From contig CAZSWP010000019.1 of the NCBI GenBank assembly GCA_964610875.1, positions 29,881 to 66,871 on the forward strand: DNA of 36,991 nt. The letters run 5' to 3'. The notes beneath the pieces are model-generated. The model did no database searches, was not told the origin of the DNA, and worked only from the letters and a program-made list of their open reading frames with translations. Numbering within the stretch: the first letter of the stretch is position 1; the number at the start of each line of letters is the position of its first letter. The position numbers were made by a program, and so were the translations under genes. Positions 8,950 through 18,525 of this stretch are shown here, piece after piece. The stretch is from an uncultured archaeon. GTDB taxonomy: Archaea > Asgardarchaeota > Thorarchaeia > Thorarchaeales > Thorarchaeaceae.

Positions 8950-9768
8950 CTAACTAGTCACCTCAAGAATTCTGTTTCTAATCTCTTTATCTTCTATCAT
9001 AGAGAGAATTTTGTTATCTTGTTCGAACAATTTCAGAGCCAACCATCTAGGAGGAAATCTGTCGAACAACTCCTTGTCTTTTTTAAGAATTTCAATTATC
9101 TGCTCAAGTTTCTTTTCAATTAGGGGACTATATTTTATTGCGGGCGGCGGTAAGGGTTCATATTCTCCATGATGGTGATGTTTCGGATGGTAATGTAGTG
9201 GACTACCATTATCAATATCTCCTGCTACATGATCTGCTACATATCCTCTGCCGTCTTCTGATTTCTTATGCATGTCTTCAGGTATTGCCTTATAGATTGC
9301 CTTTCTGAGTTCATCCATTCCTTCCTTCTTCGTGGCAGTTGTTACAACTACTGGTGCTTTGAGTAGTTGTGATAATTGCTCCACATCTATTGAATCGCCT
9401 CTTTGTTCAACTATGTCATACATATTTAGAACAACAACAAGATTAACCTGCATCTCAATCAATAATAGAGTCAAGTAGAGATTTCTTTCAAGTTGTGAGG
9501 CGTTTAGTACATCAACAACAACATCTGGTCTATGGTCAATTAGCCAGTGTCTCGCAACCTCTTCATCTTCCGACATTGCATTAAGACTGTAGACACCTGG
9601 AAGGTCCACAACTTCGAATTTTCTGCCCTTGTAGTCATAGTAACCTTCTTTTCTTTCAACCGTTTTTCCAGGCCAATTTCCAGTATGTTGTTTTAGACCT
9701 GTAAGATTATTGAATACCACTGATTTTCCTACATTGGGATTACCAATCAGTGCGACTTGAATTGTCAA
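8950..9768 (-). CDS. feoB: FeoB N-terminal GTPase/GDI half
   Basis: GNPNVGKS (G1), GNWPGKTVE (G2), DLPG (G3), NMYD (G4); ends in TAG immediately before and in frame with the membrane half. Confidence 0.93.
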   Translation of the reverse strand: MTIQVALIGNPNVGKSVVFNNLTGLKQHTGNWPGKTVERKEGYYDYKGRKFEVVDLPGVYSLNAMSEDEEVARHWLIDHRPDVVVDVLNASQLERNLYLTLLLIEMQVNLVVVLNMYDIVEQRGDSIDVEQLSQLLKAPVVVTTATKKEGMDELRKAIYKAIPEDMHKKSEDGRGYVADHVAGDIDNGSPLHYHPKHHHHGEYEPLPPPAIKYSPLIEKKLEQIIEILKKDKELFDRFPPRWLALKLFEQDNKILSMIEDKEIRNRILEVTS

Positions 9769-10136
9769 CTACTCTCAACCTCTCTAACAATGACTTGTGA
9801 TGCTAGCCTGTGTCCAAGGGCTATCCGAGTACCTCTAATTTCTATCAGAACGGGACCGTTTCCACTACTCTGAATCACCTTGAATGTACAACCCTTAGTC
9901 AACCCTAAATCTAGAAGACGTTTCTTCATCATACGTTTCCTACCATGGTGCCTGTGTTGGGCGTGATGATTGTCCTCACAATGATCATCTCCCAACAACC
10001 TACGACGCATTCGTCTATGACGTATTGGCGGATTCCCCGTGATTCCAACAAGTTGTAGCTCTTTGCCTGGTTCCACCTCGGATAGATGCAATAAATGTCT
10101 ATTATTTTCAGTGACTGTATCAAACTCATCCGACAT
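9765..10136 (-). CDS. feoA: FeoA with His/Arg-rich insertion
   Basis: LSEVEPGK..KRLLDLGLTKG..GPVLIEIRGTRIALG..LASQVIV; ATG 10136 with GGAGG RBS. Confidence 0.88.
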   Translation of the reverse strand: MSDEFDTVTENNRHLLHLSEVEPGKELQLVGITGNPPIRHRRMRRRLLGDDHCEDNHHAQHRHHGRKRMMKKRLLDLGLTKGCTFKVIQSSGNGPVLIEIRGTRIALGHRLASQVIVREVESS

Positions 10137-10195
10137 GGCTGTGCCTCCAGACACATTGGTTACAATTTAGAACTTGGCTATTTCTAACCATATAA

Positions 10196-10215
10196 AAGTT
10201 AGACTCGTCTAACTT
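10196..10215. promoter_or_regulatory. Palindromic operator (DtxR/IdeR-like) upstream of feoA
   Basis: AAGTTAGAC-TC-GTCTAACTT perfect 9-bp inverted repeat abutting the minus-strand TATA (TTTTATAT, 10190-10197). Confidence 0.75.
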
Positions 10216-10244
10216 ATAAGCTTTAGTAAATGCGCGTTATTCTA

Positions 10245-11291
10245 TCATGGGTAGTTTGGCGGAGGAGTGTCTGGAAGTTGGGATAGTGGTGTCTGGGTCA
10301 CGAAACCACAATACCCATGTTCTATTGCAAATTCATATGCCAATTCAATATTGGTTTCATCCAGAGCGTAATCAACAGTGAATACGCGTACTCCTTCTGC
10401 AATATATCGATCCAAATACTCAACATACCATTCAGTGCTATATCCCTCTTCACCTGATGTCGGAACAGCAATATCTCCTGAAGCGGGGTTGTCCCATACA
10501 GTGTCTGCTTCTCCTCTGAATTTAACATGTTCCTGAGCAACGCCATCTATCAACTCGAAATATTCTGAATTCTCATCACAAAGGCCTAACGCATTCTGTG
10601 CGATTACGATGAAATCAGAGTCTTGCATTATACAATAGGTTCGAATCTCATCAATGAATTCTATCATCTCTTCTTCTGGGTTTACTCCCTGACTATAAGC
10701 TTCATCGATGACTGGGTCGTGGTCATATGCTTCCACCCAGTCCATATAGATTCCATCAAAACCGTCATCCAGAATTTTTTGAATGTAACTGTCGTCATTA
10801 TAGATAATGATGTCTTTCCATCTGTCATCCCAATAGGCAACAGGATAACAACCAGACCAATCATCAGGATCAATGGAAATCAAAAAATCTGGAATCCCTT
10901 TCTCATCCTCTGTTGGGGCACTCCAAGAATCATTCCAGTAATAACGCCAGTCCTCAGCCTCACCAATATCTATGTATGCGATGACTAGTTTTGAGTTGAG
11001 GGATGCACCTGGTGAATCGTGTAGGCGACTAATCATATCTGATGTATCGAAATTCTCACTTCCTTTTTCAGTTCTTGTGGGTTCAAGAACTAGTAGGTCG
11101 TAATGAGACTGAACCAGTGACTCGATAGATCCATCTTCTTGAAGCTCTTGAATTTGATATGCCCAAAAGTCTACTTCGTTAATTGATGAATTACTCTCAG
11201 GTGATTGTGGTGGTTGGAGTGCGATGACTATTATCACCACGAATAGGATAGCTGTTATCCCAGGTGCCATTTTTCTTTTTGAGAATTCCAT
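10245..11291 (-). CDS. Membrane-anchored GH114 / MJ1477-TM1410-like TIM-barrel glycoside hydrolase
   Basis: N-terminal TM; WAYQIQ, IAYIDIGEAEDWRYYW, GFDGIYMDWVEAY, VIAQNA, VFTVDYA motifs. Confidence 0.8.
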   Translation of the reverse strand: MEFSKRKMAPGITAILFVVIIVIALQPPQSPESNSSINEVDFWAYQIQELQEDGSIESLVQSHYDLLVLEPTRTEKGSENFDTSDMISRLHDSPGASLNSKLVIAYIDIGEAEDWRYYWNDSWSAPTEDEKGIPDFLISIDPDDWSGCYPVAYWDDRWKDIIIYNDDSYIQKILDDGFDGIYMDWVEAYDHDPVIDEAYSQGVNPEEEMIEFIDEIRTYCIMQDSDFIVIAQNALGLCDENSEYFELIDGVAQEHVKFRGEADTVWDNPASGDIAVPTSGEEGYSTEWYVEYLDRYIAEGVRVFTVDYALDETNIELAYEFAIEHGYCGFVTQTPLSQLPDTPPPNYP

Positions 11292-11408
11292 TACTATGAC
11301 CCCATGAAACAACCATCTCTAAAAGGCAACTAACCTTCTAAAGAGAATTATTGTACTCACCAAAAGCATTACATATTTGTGAGAGTGTGATAGCCACCGG
11401 GATTTATC

Positions 11409-12797
11409 ATGTCCTATCACAAAATACCTCTCAAGTATGGTGACTTGGTTGTGGATGATTTCATTCCAACCTCATACACTGATGTTTCTGTTTTGAAGGT
11501 CGGTGAATATACACCTGATTTTTCTGACTTCAGAAAGAAGTTTGAAGAGATACTGAACAACCCAATTGGTTCTAAGCCATTCGATGAACTCGTCCACGAT
11601 GTGTATCAACCTGGCAAAAAAATCATGCTCATTGTTGATGACAATACTCGTCCTAACATACATACTCGTGCATTAATGCCATTTGTTATGGAACGCCTTC
11701 TAGGATTAGGAGTAGCTAAAAATGATATTGCAATAATAATTGCAAGTGGCTCTCATAAACAACCTACACAGGAATCTATTGAGAAACGGATTCTAGGAAC
11801 TGATTTGTTTAAAGAATGGCACCAACATGTATTGATTCATGACTGCGATTCAGGGAATAGAAATCTTGGAACTAGTCTAAGTGGCACCCCAATTCTGATT
11901 GATGAACGTGTCATGGAGGCTTCGTTACTTATTCCACTTAGTGATTCAGAATACCATTATTTTGCTGGACAGGCTGGTACTGTGAAGCTTTTCTGTCCAG
12001 GTGTTGCGGGAAGAGAAACTATCCGAATCAATCACCCAAAGATGTTTGACTTAGAGAAGGGATTCGTCGATGGTTGTAGACTTGGAAACTGTGAGGGAAA
12101 TCCTGTCATAGAGGACATGATTGATATTGCAAAGATTGTTGGAAAGCAACTCCCAATGTTTTGCATTGATACTATCATTCATCATGGTGAGATTGTATAC
12201 ATGCAAGCTGGTGATCTTATTGAATGCCATAAAGCTGCAACAGCACCTCTCCGTGAGCTTCGTGTTGTTGATGTTGATGAGCCTGGTGACATCGTCTTTG
12301 TATCCGTTGGTGAACTTGGCCTAAATCTCTATCAAGCTGGAAAGGGTGTACATGCTGCTTGGAATGCAGTGAGGCATGATAAGAAAGGATGGATTGTACT
12401 CCTCGCTCCGTGTCAAGATGGTATTGGTAGCGATGCGTACGAACAGGCAATGCATGCAGCAAAGGGATTTGAAGTTGCTGATGCGCTTCGTTTTGTGATA
12501 GAACAATATGGTTCTGAGCAGACATTCAAAATTGGTAATCAGAAACCCCCTGATTTGTTTAGAATTCTACTCTCAGTTGCTGAAGGAAATATCAAAGTTG
12601 TGACAGAACTTGATCCAAAAGAAACACGTGGAATTTACAGAATGGAAGCCTGTAATCCGAATGGTCCTGGTGGTGCCCAAGAGGTATTGAGAAAACTCGT
12701 GCCCCGATTTGTTGAGGAATCAGGAAAAGAGAATCCGAGAATCTATGTACTTGATGATCCTGGTCTCTTGATAAATGTAAGAAATCAGATTCATTGA
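11409..12797 (+). CDS. larA: LarA-family nickel-pincer-dependent racemase/epimerase
   Basis: DDNTRP, ASGSH, HDCD, HYFAG..K..PG, NH, YQAGKG, APCQDGIG motifs; substrate not determinable. Confidence 0.85.
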   Translation: MSYHKIPLKYGDLVVDDFIPTSYTDVSVLKVGEYTPDFSDFRKKFEEILNNPIGSKPFDELVHDVYQPGKKIMLIVDDNTRPNIHTRALMPFVMERLLGLGVAKNDIAIIIASGSHKQPTQESIEKRILGTDLFKEWHQHVLIHDCDSGNRNLGTSLSGTPILIDERVMEASLLIPLSDSEYHYFAGQAGTVKLFCPGVAGRETIRINHPKMFDLEKGFVDGCRLGNCEGNPVIEDMIDIAKIVGKQLPMFCIDTIIHHGEIVYMQAGDLIECHKAATAPLRELRVVDVDEPGDIVFVSVGELGLNLYQAGKGVHAAWNAVRHDKKGWIVLLAPCQDGIGSDAYEQAMHAAKGFEVADALRFVIEQYGSEQTFKIGNQKPPDLFRILLSVAEGNIKVVTELDPKETRGIYRMEACNPNGPGGAQEVLRKLVPRFVEESGKENPRIYVLDDPGLLINVRNQIH

Positions 12798-12810
12798 TAA
12801 TCAAAATACT

Positions 12811-12834
12811 AGAAGCTGCTTCTAAGCGGCTTCT
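12811..12834 (+). terminator. Hairpin terminator after larA
   Basis: AGAAGCTGCTT-CT-AAGCGGCTTCT followed by a pyrimidine/T-rich tract. Confidence 0.6.
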
Positions 12835-12885
12835 CTTATCTTTTCTAGTTTTATTGAATATCTCATAAAAGTAGAAAAAAGATGA

Positions 12886-12908
12886 ATTGAGGCTGTGGTC
12901 GCCTCAAT
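12886..12908 (-). terminator. Hairpin terminator after cysS
   Basis: ATTGAGGC-N7-GCCTCAAT; T6 run a few nt downstream on the minus strand. Confidence 0.6.
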
Positions 12909-12916
12909 ATCACAAT

Positions 12917-14350
12917 TCATTCAATCTTCCAGGTTGGTCCATCTTTCGTATCAGTGACTATGATACCCAACTCAGCTAGTTTATCACGAATCATATCTGA
13001 AGTAGCCCAATCTTTATCAGCACGTGCTTTCTCTCTCAGGTCTAGTAGTAATTCAATAGTACCTTCTAGTAATTCCATTGAACCTGTGTCCTGAGCTGCT
13101 TTTTCTCCCTCAATATCTATGCCAAGAATAAGCATAAACTTAGACAGAGTAGCAAGAGCTTCTCGAAGCACAGCAGCTCCACCGACTTCAGGGGTTAGAG
13201 TGTTTGCGGTCTTCACAAAGGTGTATATCTCTGCTAGAGCTCCCGGTGTATTGAAGTCATCATCCATCTCTTTCTCAAAGCCTTCTTTCAATTTCTTGAT
13301 TGCTTCAGCAAGAGATTGATCAGCCTTATTCGTGCGACTACCTGACTTCTCAAGTATTTTGATTCTACCACGAATTGTGTCCACTGCATTCTTGATTCTA
13401 GATAATGATTGTGTGGCTTGTTCAAGTGCGTCAGGAGTGTAATCAAGTGGTTGACGATAGTGGCCTGAAATCAGATACAGTCTTACAGCTTGATGATCAA
13501 AGTGGTCTAAGACCTCCCTTGCAGTGAACAGGTTTCCAAGAGATTTGGACATCTTTTCTTTATCAAGCGTAAGAAATCCATTATGCATCCAATACTTGAC
13601 TGGAGTATCAACACCGTAGGCTGCAGAAGATTGTGCTATCTCATTCTCATGATGAGGGAAGATAAGATCTGAACCACCACCATGTATGTCGAATGGGAGA
13701 CCAAGATAATGTGAACCCATTACTGAGCATTCTAGGTGCCATCCAGGTCGTCCTTTCCCCCAAGGACTCTCCCATGAGGGTTCACCAGGTTTTTCGGCTT
13801 TCCAAAGTGCAAAATCGCGAGGATCTTGTTTCTTTTCATCAACATCTACTCGAGCTCCCGCTGAAAGTTCATCTGCTTTTACTCCCGATAGAACACCATA
13901 TGGTTCCCACTCGCTGACATCAAAATAGACATCACCATTAACAACGTATCCTTTGCCATGCTTTATGATCAGTTCAACCATCTCAATCATATCGTCAATA
14001 TGCTCGGTAGCTCTTGGATTGATGTTAGCTGGTTTTAGATTCAGTTGATTGGCAATCTGCCTATATTCCGCGATGAATTTGGTAGCCAGTTCGGAAATAC
14101 TGATACCCTCTTCATTGGCACGTTTGATCATTTTGTCATCAACATCAGTGAAGTTGGTGATGTATGTCACACGATATCCCTTGTATTCTAGATATCTCCG
14201 AATAGTATCGAAAGCTGAGAATGAACGTGCATTACCTATGTGTGGATAATCGTAGACAGTCGGCCCACACACATACATACGAACATGTCCTTCTTCAATT
14301 GGGACGAATTCTTCCTTTTCTCGCGTGAGGGTATTGTATAGTTTAATCAT
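12917..14350 (-). CDS. cysS: Cysteine--tRNA ligase
   Basis: YVCGPTVY, HIGN, DFALWK, GRPGWHLECS, HGGG.DL.FPHHENE, KMSKS, C-terminal anticodon-binding domain. Confidence 0.98.
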   Translation of the reverse strand: MIKLYNTLTREKEEFVPIEEGHVRMYVCGPTVYDYPHIGNARSFSAFDTIRRYLEYKGYRVTYITNFTDVDDKMIKRANEEGISISELATKFIAEYRQIANQLNLKPANINPRATEHIDDMIEMVELIIKHGKGYVVNGDVYFDVSEWEPYGVLSGVKADELSAGARVDVDEKKQDPRDFALWKAEKPGEPSWESPWGKGRPGWHLECSVMGSHYLGLPFDIHGGGSDLIFPHHENEIAQSSAAYGVDTPVKYWMHNGFLTLDKEKMSKSLGNLFTAREVLDHFDHQAVRLYLISGHYRQPLDYTPDALEQATQSLSRIKNAVDTIRGRIKILEKSGSRTNKADQSLAEAIKKLKEGFEKEMDDDFNTPGALAEIYTFVKTANTLTPEVGGAAVLREALATLSKFMLILGIDIEGEKAAQDTGSMELLEGTIELLLDLREKARADKDWATSDMIRDKLAELGIIVTDTKDGPTWKIE

Positions 14351-14493
14351 TGTCGACTACCACTGCATGTTTGATATGATCTACATAAAAAGAAGTCTGC
14401 AAATATTGCCATCGGTATGTGATTTTATTCGAAATATGTTTCACCTATGCGTAAACTGATATCCTTGTTATACTTAGTTTGAAAGGATGAGAG

Positions 14494-15186
14494 ATGCCTC
14501 AGAACGAGATTAAGGAAATAATTGACTCTGCACAAGAACTCTGTGATGAAGAGGAGGAACGTAAAGCAGAGGAAATCCTTCGAAATGCTTTGAAGAAATA
14601 TAGATGTGACCTTGATCTGACGGCAGAATTGGCACGAGTACTTGTGCGTCTGGACAGAGACTATGAAGCTGAGCGACTCCTAAATGAGGTTCTCAGCAGC
14701 GACCCTCTTCATGAATCAGCAATCTCATACTTAGGTTTGCTTTTGGATAACTCACTACGTAGCGATGAGGCTGAGGATTTATTCAAAACATATCTTCGAT
14801 CGGTTCCTGAGAGTCATAGGATTACTGAAGACTACTGTCATTTGCTTGTCGGAGAGGAACGATTCAAAGAAGCTTTAGAATTAGCTCGAAAACATGCAAA
14901 AGAATTCGCCAATCTTGAAGCTGCTTACAAGCCTCTAAAATATGTGCTTAATATGTATGAAGACTATCTTGAGACTCTTCTTGATGATGAACCTGGAAAT
15001 AGGGAATATTTTCTTGCACTCTCCATGACTTTGCTAGAGCAGGTGGAACTTCTGGAGAAATCAAAACATGATCTTTACGAAGAAAGATTGCGATTGAGAG
15101 GTGAACTAGAACATCTTTTAGAGAAGGCTGAGTTTTATAAAATCAAACTCGATGATGATGTTAAGAAAAAGCTGAGGAATCTATAG
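14494..15186 (+). CDS. TPR-repeat protein
   Basis: Helical repeats (LARVLVRLDRDYEAERLLNEVLSSDP; LGLLL..DEAEDLFKTYL..P). Confidence 0.7.
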   Translation: MPQNEIKEIIDSAQELCDEEEERKAEEILRNALKKYRCDLDLTAELARVLVRLDRDYEAERLLNEVLSSDPLHESAISYLGLLLDNSLRSDEAEDLFKTYLRSVPESHRITEDYCHLLVGEERFKEALELARKHAKEFANLEAAYKPLKYVLNMYEDYLETLLDDEPGNREYFLALSMTLLEQVELLEKSKHDLYEERLRLRGELEHLLEKAEFYKIKLDDDVKKKLRNL

Positions 15187-15197
15187 ATAGTCAGCTC

Positions 15198-15485
15198 CTA
15201 CTGCCACTGATACATTGGTATTGTCACATCATCTGGCAAATCTCCATCATTTAAGAAAACGACATGTTGATTTGCTTCTACAGCTAACCATATGTGTATG
15301 CTTTCAGTTTGAAGGGCTTCGAGCATTTTGATTCTATCATCATTTCCCAGACCCATGATCTTCAGAAGACTATTCAGATTGACAAGTCTGTCTTTATTTT
15401 TCTGAGCAGCAGCCTTGATTCTCATTGCTGTTCCTGGTTCCATACTCAAAATGTCTTTATCACGAAGTACAGCTTTGATTCTCAT
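15198..15485 (-). CDS. Hypothetical protein (95 aa)
   Basis: ATG start, natural globular composition, convergent with the TPR gene. Confidence 0.7.
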   Translation of the reverse strand: MRIKAVLRDKDILSMEPGTAMRIKAAAQKNKDRLVNLNSLLKIMGLGNDDRIKMLEALQTESIHIWLAVEANQHVVFLNDGDLPDDVTIPMYQWQ

Positions 15486-15670
15486 TTACATTCATTTAGA
15501 CAAATAATGTGGATTCTATAAAAAGCGTATCCCTCAGATGTTCTGGTGAAATGAGAACCGTAACCAATTCCTGCAATGCCCGGTAAGAAGTGATTGGGTC
15601 CAATAAGAAAATAAATGAATGTCACAATAAATTCGTTGCAGGTGAAAAAAGAAACTTGCATTGAATACAA

Positions 15671-16599
15671 TTGAAGGAAACTGGAGATAGCAATCTGATA
15701 ACTAGAAATCTTACTGCAACTCTCTTCATCGGATGTTTATGCCTAATTCTTGGTTCGAGTCTCGTAATCAATGTCTTACTATCTACACCCAATCTTACCG
15801 AGAAGATGGCAAATCTAAACTTTGGAATAAGAGCAGGTGGAAGGCTTTGGGTTCCTTACGATGATGAACACTCATATCCTCTTTCTGGAAGACTATCTGA
15901 ACCTGGCAATACTACTATTCAGCATATTGAGGACTTTCTGAATTCATTGTCTATCATCAATTCATTCTCGGTTTGGATATCTTCGATTCAAAAGGCAATC
16001 AACTGGATTTGAGTCCGATTGATAGAAGTGGAATGGAATATGATATCTATTTTAATTTGACATCGAATATTCTTATTATTGAAAATGAATCGACACATGA
16101 AATTGCAGTTGATCGCATCATCAACTTTCATCTTGACGAGAATACCGCTTACAGACTATCTCCAGTTAACACAATTTCAATTGAGGATGCTGATGGATTA
16201 AGTGTAATATCATTTGAATATTTCAATTCCTCTACTGAGAACCCAATCAATTCATCAGTTATAAACTTCGAACTCGATGATGCAAGCATTGATGTTTCCT
16301 CGGCAGAAATTATGCTTAGGACAAATTGGCTAGTGCTTTTCCGGTCTCCCGGTATGGAAGATATCACACATGAGGGAATGGGTGATACTTTTGATTTTAG
16401 AGTAGAGCAACATACTGATTCAAATTTACTTTCTCTAAATGGCTCATTCGGTTGCTTTTTTGATGTTACTGATGTGTTTCATTTAGTAGATTATGTGCCA
16501 TTTATTGAAACTGGTTTGATTCTTGCTGGTACCCTCATCATAGTGAGTGGGTTGTCTATTCATCATAGAAAAAGAAACCACTATGTTGATTCAAACTGA
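15671..16599 (+). pseudogene. Frameshifted extracellular protein with N- and C-terminal TM segments
   Basis: ORF 15671-16012 has the N-terminal TM; overlapping ORF 15973-16599 (its frame open from about 15931) has the C-terminal TM plus basic tail; together they form one typical surface protein. Confidence 0.55.
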
Positions 16600-16609
16600 A
16601 ATCATCATA

Positions 16610-16990
16610 TTAGCAGTCGCAATTACCGATTCTCATAACTACGATTTTGCAATCCTCCATTATATCACCAAAAGCACGGTAGAAATATCTTGAAGCTTCC
16701 TCAAGTCCCTCTTTTCCGTCTTCAGTCAGATGATAGATGATTTGATTTCCTTCTCGTTTGCCTGCTATCATTTTGCGTTTCTTTAAATCTTTGAGAGCGG
16801 GATAGATTGTACCTGGAGTTGGTTTTGATCCCCTTCTTTCAGCAATTCGGTCTGCAATTTGTTGTCCGTTTAGTGGTTCCTTGCCCAGCTCATACATGAT
16901 CTGAAAAGTGAGGAATCCTCTCATATCACAACAGTCTGGAGGACAACATTCCTCTTCTACCACTGATTTCTTATCTGGAGTCTTTGCCAT
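16610..16990 (-). CDS. PadR-family regulator with Cys-rich termini
   Basis: MRGFL, LNGQQI, PTPGTIYPALKDL, YHLTEDG; N-terminal CCPPDCC and C-terminal CDC. Confidence 0.88.
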   Translation of the reverse strand: MAKTPDKKSVVEEECCPPDCCDMRGFLTFQIMYELGKEPLNGQQIADRIAERRGSKPTPGTIYPALKDLKKRKMIAGKREGNQIIYHLTEDGKEGLEEASRYFYRAFGDIMEDCKIVVMRIGNCDC

Positions 16991-17042
16991 ATTGTTTATT
17001 GGGCGTCCGATACACTTAAATGTATATACCGAACGCCAATTA

Positions 17043-17070
17043 TTGGATGTACGATATATTGGACATCCAA
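17043..17070. promoter_or_regulatory. 28-bp palindromic operator before arsM
   Basis: TTGGATGTACGATATATTGGACATCCAA matches its reverse complement at 24/28 positions; related half-sites at about 16999-17039. Confidence 0.75.
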
Positions 17071-17071
17071 C

Positions 17072-17863
17072 ATGGTGAAAAAAATGTCGGGGGAAAAACG
17101 TGTCAGTGAAATGACCTCCGTTGAAATCAAAGATGCAGTTCGAAGAACATATGCACAGGTTGCTATAAGAGGTAAAGATATTTTAAGTACTCAAAAAGGA
17201 CCTGTTTCTTCTTGTTGTGGACCATCTAAGTCTGAAACCGAAACAAAGCTTGAATCAATGGGTTATCCACTTGAAGGACTTACAGCCGAAGCAATGGAAT
17301 CCTATGCTGGTTGTGGTAATCCAATTGCTCTTGCAGAACTGAAGAAGGGTGAAGTTGTTTTAGATTTGGGTAGCGGTGCTGGTCTGGATGCTTTCGTTGC
17401 AGCTAAGAATGTGGGTAGCGACGGATTTGTCATTGGAGTTGATATGACCGATGAGATGCTGGAATCAGCAAATTCCAGTGCTCGAAAACTTGGACTGACG
17501 AATGTTGAGTTTAGAAAGGGTGACATAGAGGATCTCCCCGTAGATGATGAATCTGTTGATGTCATAATCAGTAATTGTGTCATTAACTTGTCAACGGACA
17601 AACAGAGAGTCTTCCAAGAAGTCTATCGTGTATTGAAACCTGGGGGAAGAATGATGGTGTCAGATATTGTGCTTCAGAATGATATCTCTCAGGAGTTACG
17701 TGATGATGTATCAACTTATACTGGATGCTTGGGTGGAGCAATACTGGAAAAGGAATACCTTGCTTGTATATCCAAAGCTGGTTTTGCAGACATCGATGTA
17801 AGAAGTAGGGCTTCATTCGACCTTGGCTCAAGTGTGAGGATTTCTGCAAAGAAACCTTTCTAG
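17072..17863 (+). CDS. arsM: Arsenite S-adenosylmethionine methyltransferase
   Basis: SSCCG, AGCGNP, VLDLGSGAGLD, GVDMTDEML, ISNCVINL, GCLGGA: the conserved ArsM cysteines; true start may be ATG 17084 (GGTGA RBS). Confidence 0.92.
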   Translation: MVKKMSGEKRVSEMTSVEIKDAVRRTYAQVAIRGKDILSTQKGPVSSCCGPSKSETETKLESMGYPLEGLTAEAMESYAGCGNPIALAELKKGEVVLDLGSGAGLDAFVAAKNVGSDGFVIGVDMTDEMLESANSSARKLGLTNVEFRKGDIEDLPVDDESVDVIISNCVINLSTDKQRVFQEVYRVLKPGGRMMVSDIVLQNDISQELRDDVSTYTGCLGGAILEKEYLACISKAGFADIDVRSRASFDLGSSVRISAKKPF

Positions 17864-18141
17864 GAGGTGGCTTTTTGGATAAAGACAATGAGAAATCGAA
17901 AGAAATTCGAGAACCACACAATTCTGTTTGGTGTGAAACTACGAATACAAATTGTCTTCCTTGAGGTGGGGTAAGGAGAGCTCTTGTACTTTGAATGTTT
18001 TCGCTGGGCAGACAAACAAGTGGAATCCTGACTGGTTCTAAAAAACCATCAGGAGCATCATATTTCTAATAGAATGGATAATCATTTAAACAACTAATGA
18101 GTTATTTTATGTTCGATTCGCTTACGTAAGGAGGTTTAGGT

Positions 18142-18525
18142 GTACAACTTACTAAAATCGGAAAACTCACCTTTCTAATACATTTCCTAATTGCCATTTC
18201 TTTAGGTGTAATCTTTTTTGCAATACCTGAGATAAGCGCGACATTGTTTGCGATGCCATCTGAGCCATTTGCAAATCGTACTGTTGGTGCGCTATTTATT
18301 GCATTTGCAATGGGGTCTCTTTTTGCTTATCAGAAAAACAATTGGGAACAAGCGGAGATTGTTGTTCTTATGGATCTTATTTGGCTTATTCTTGGTCTTA
18401 TAGGGACTATTTGGAGTATGAGTTACATCAGAATTGGTGTAGCAGTCTATCTAATCATTGGACTCTTTGTTCTTCTAATATTGCTATTCGGTTATACCTA
18501 CTATGAAGCAAAGATGAAAGTGTGA
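18142..18525 (+). pseudogene. 4-TM membrane protein with lost or non-canonical start codon
   Basis: Frame of ORF 18244-18525 stays open upstream (VQLTKIGKLTFLIHFLIAISLGVIFFAIPE) back to a GGAGGT RBS, with no in-frame ATG/GTG/TTG there. Confidence 0.55.

Noticed and set aside
10245-14350. MJ1477-family gene (once proposed as an alternative CysRS) close to cysS
   Set aside because: The family is a secreted GH114-like hydrolase, this copy has an N-terminal TM, and larA lies between; proximity is probably coincidental
15482-15670. 62-aa ORF or structured RNA upstream of the 95-aa gene
   Set aside because: ATGA overlap is suggestive, but there is no recognisable family; short stems match no riboswitch or ribozyme consensus I know
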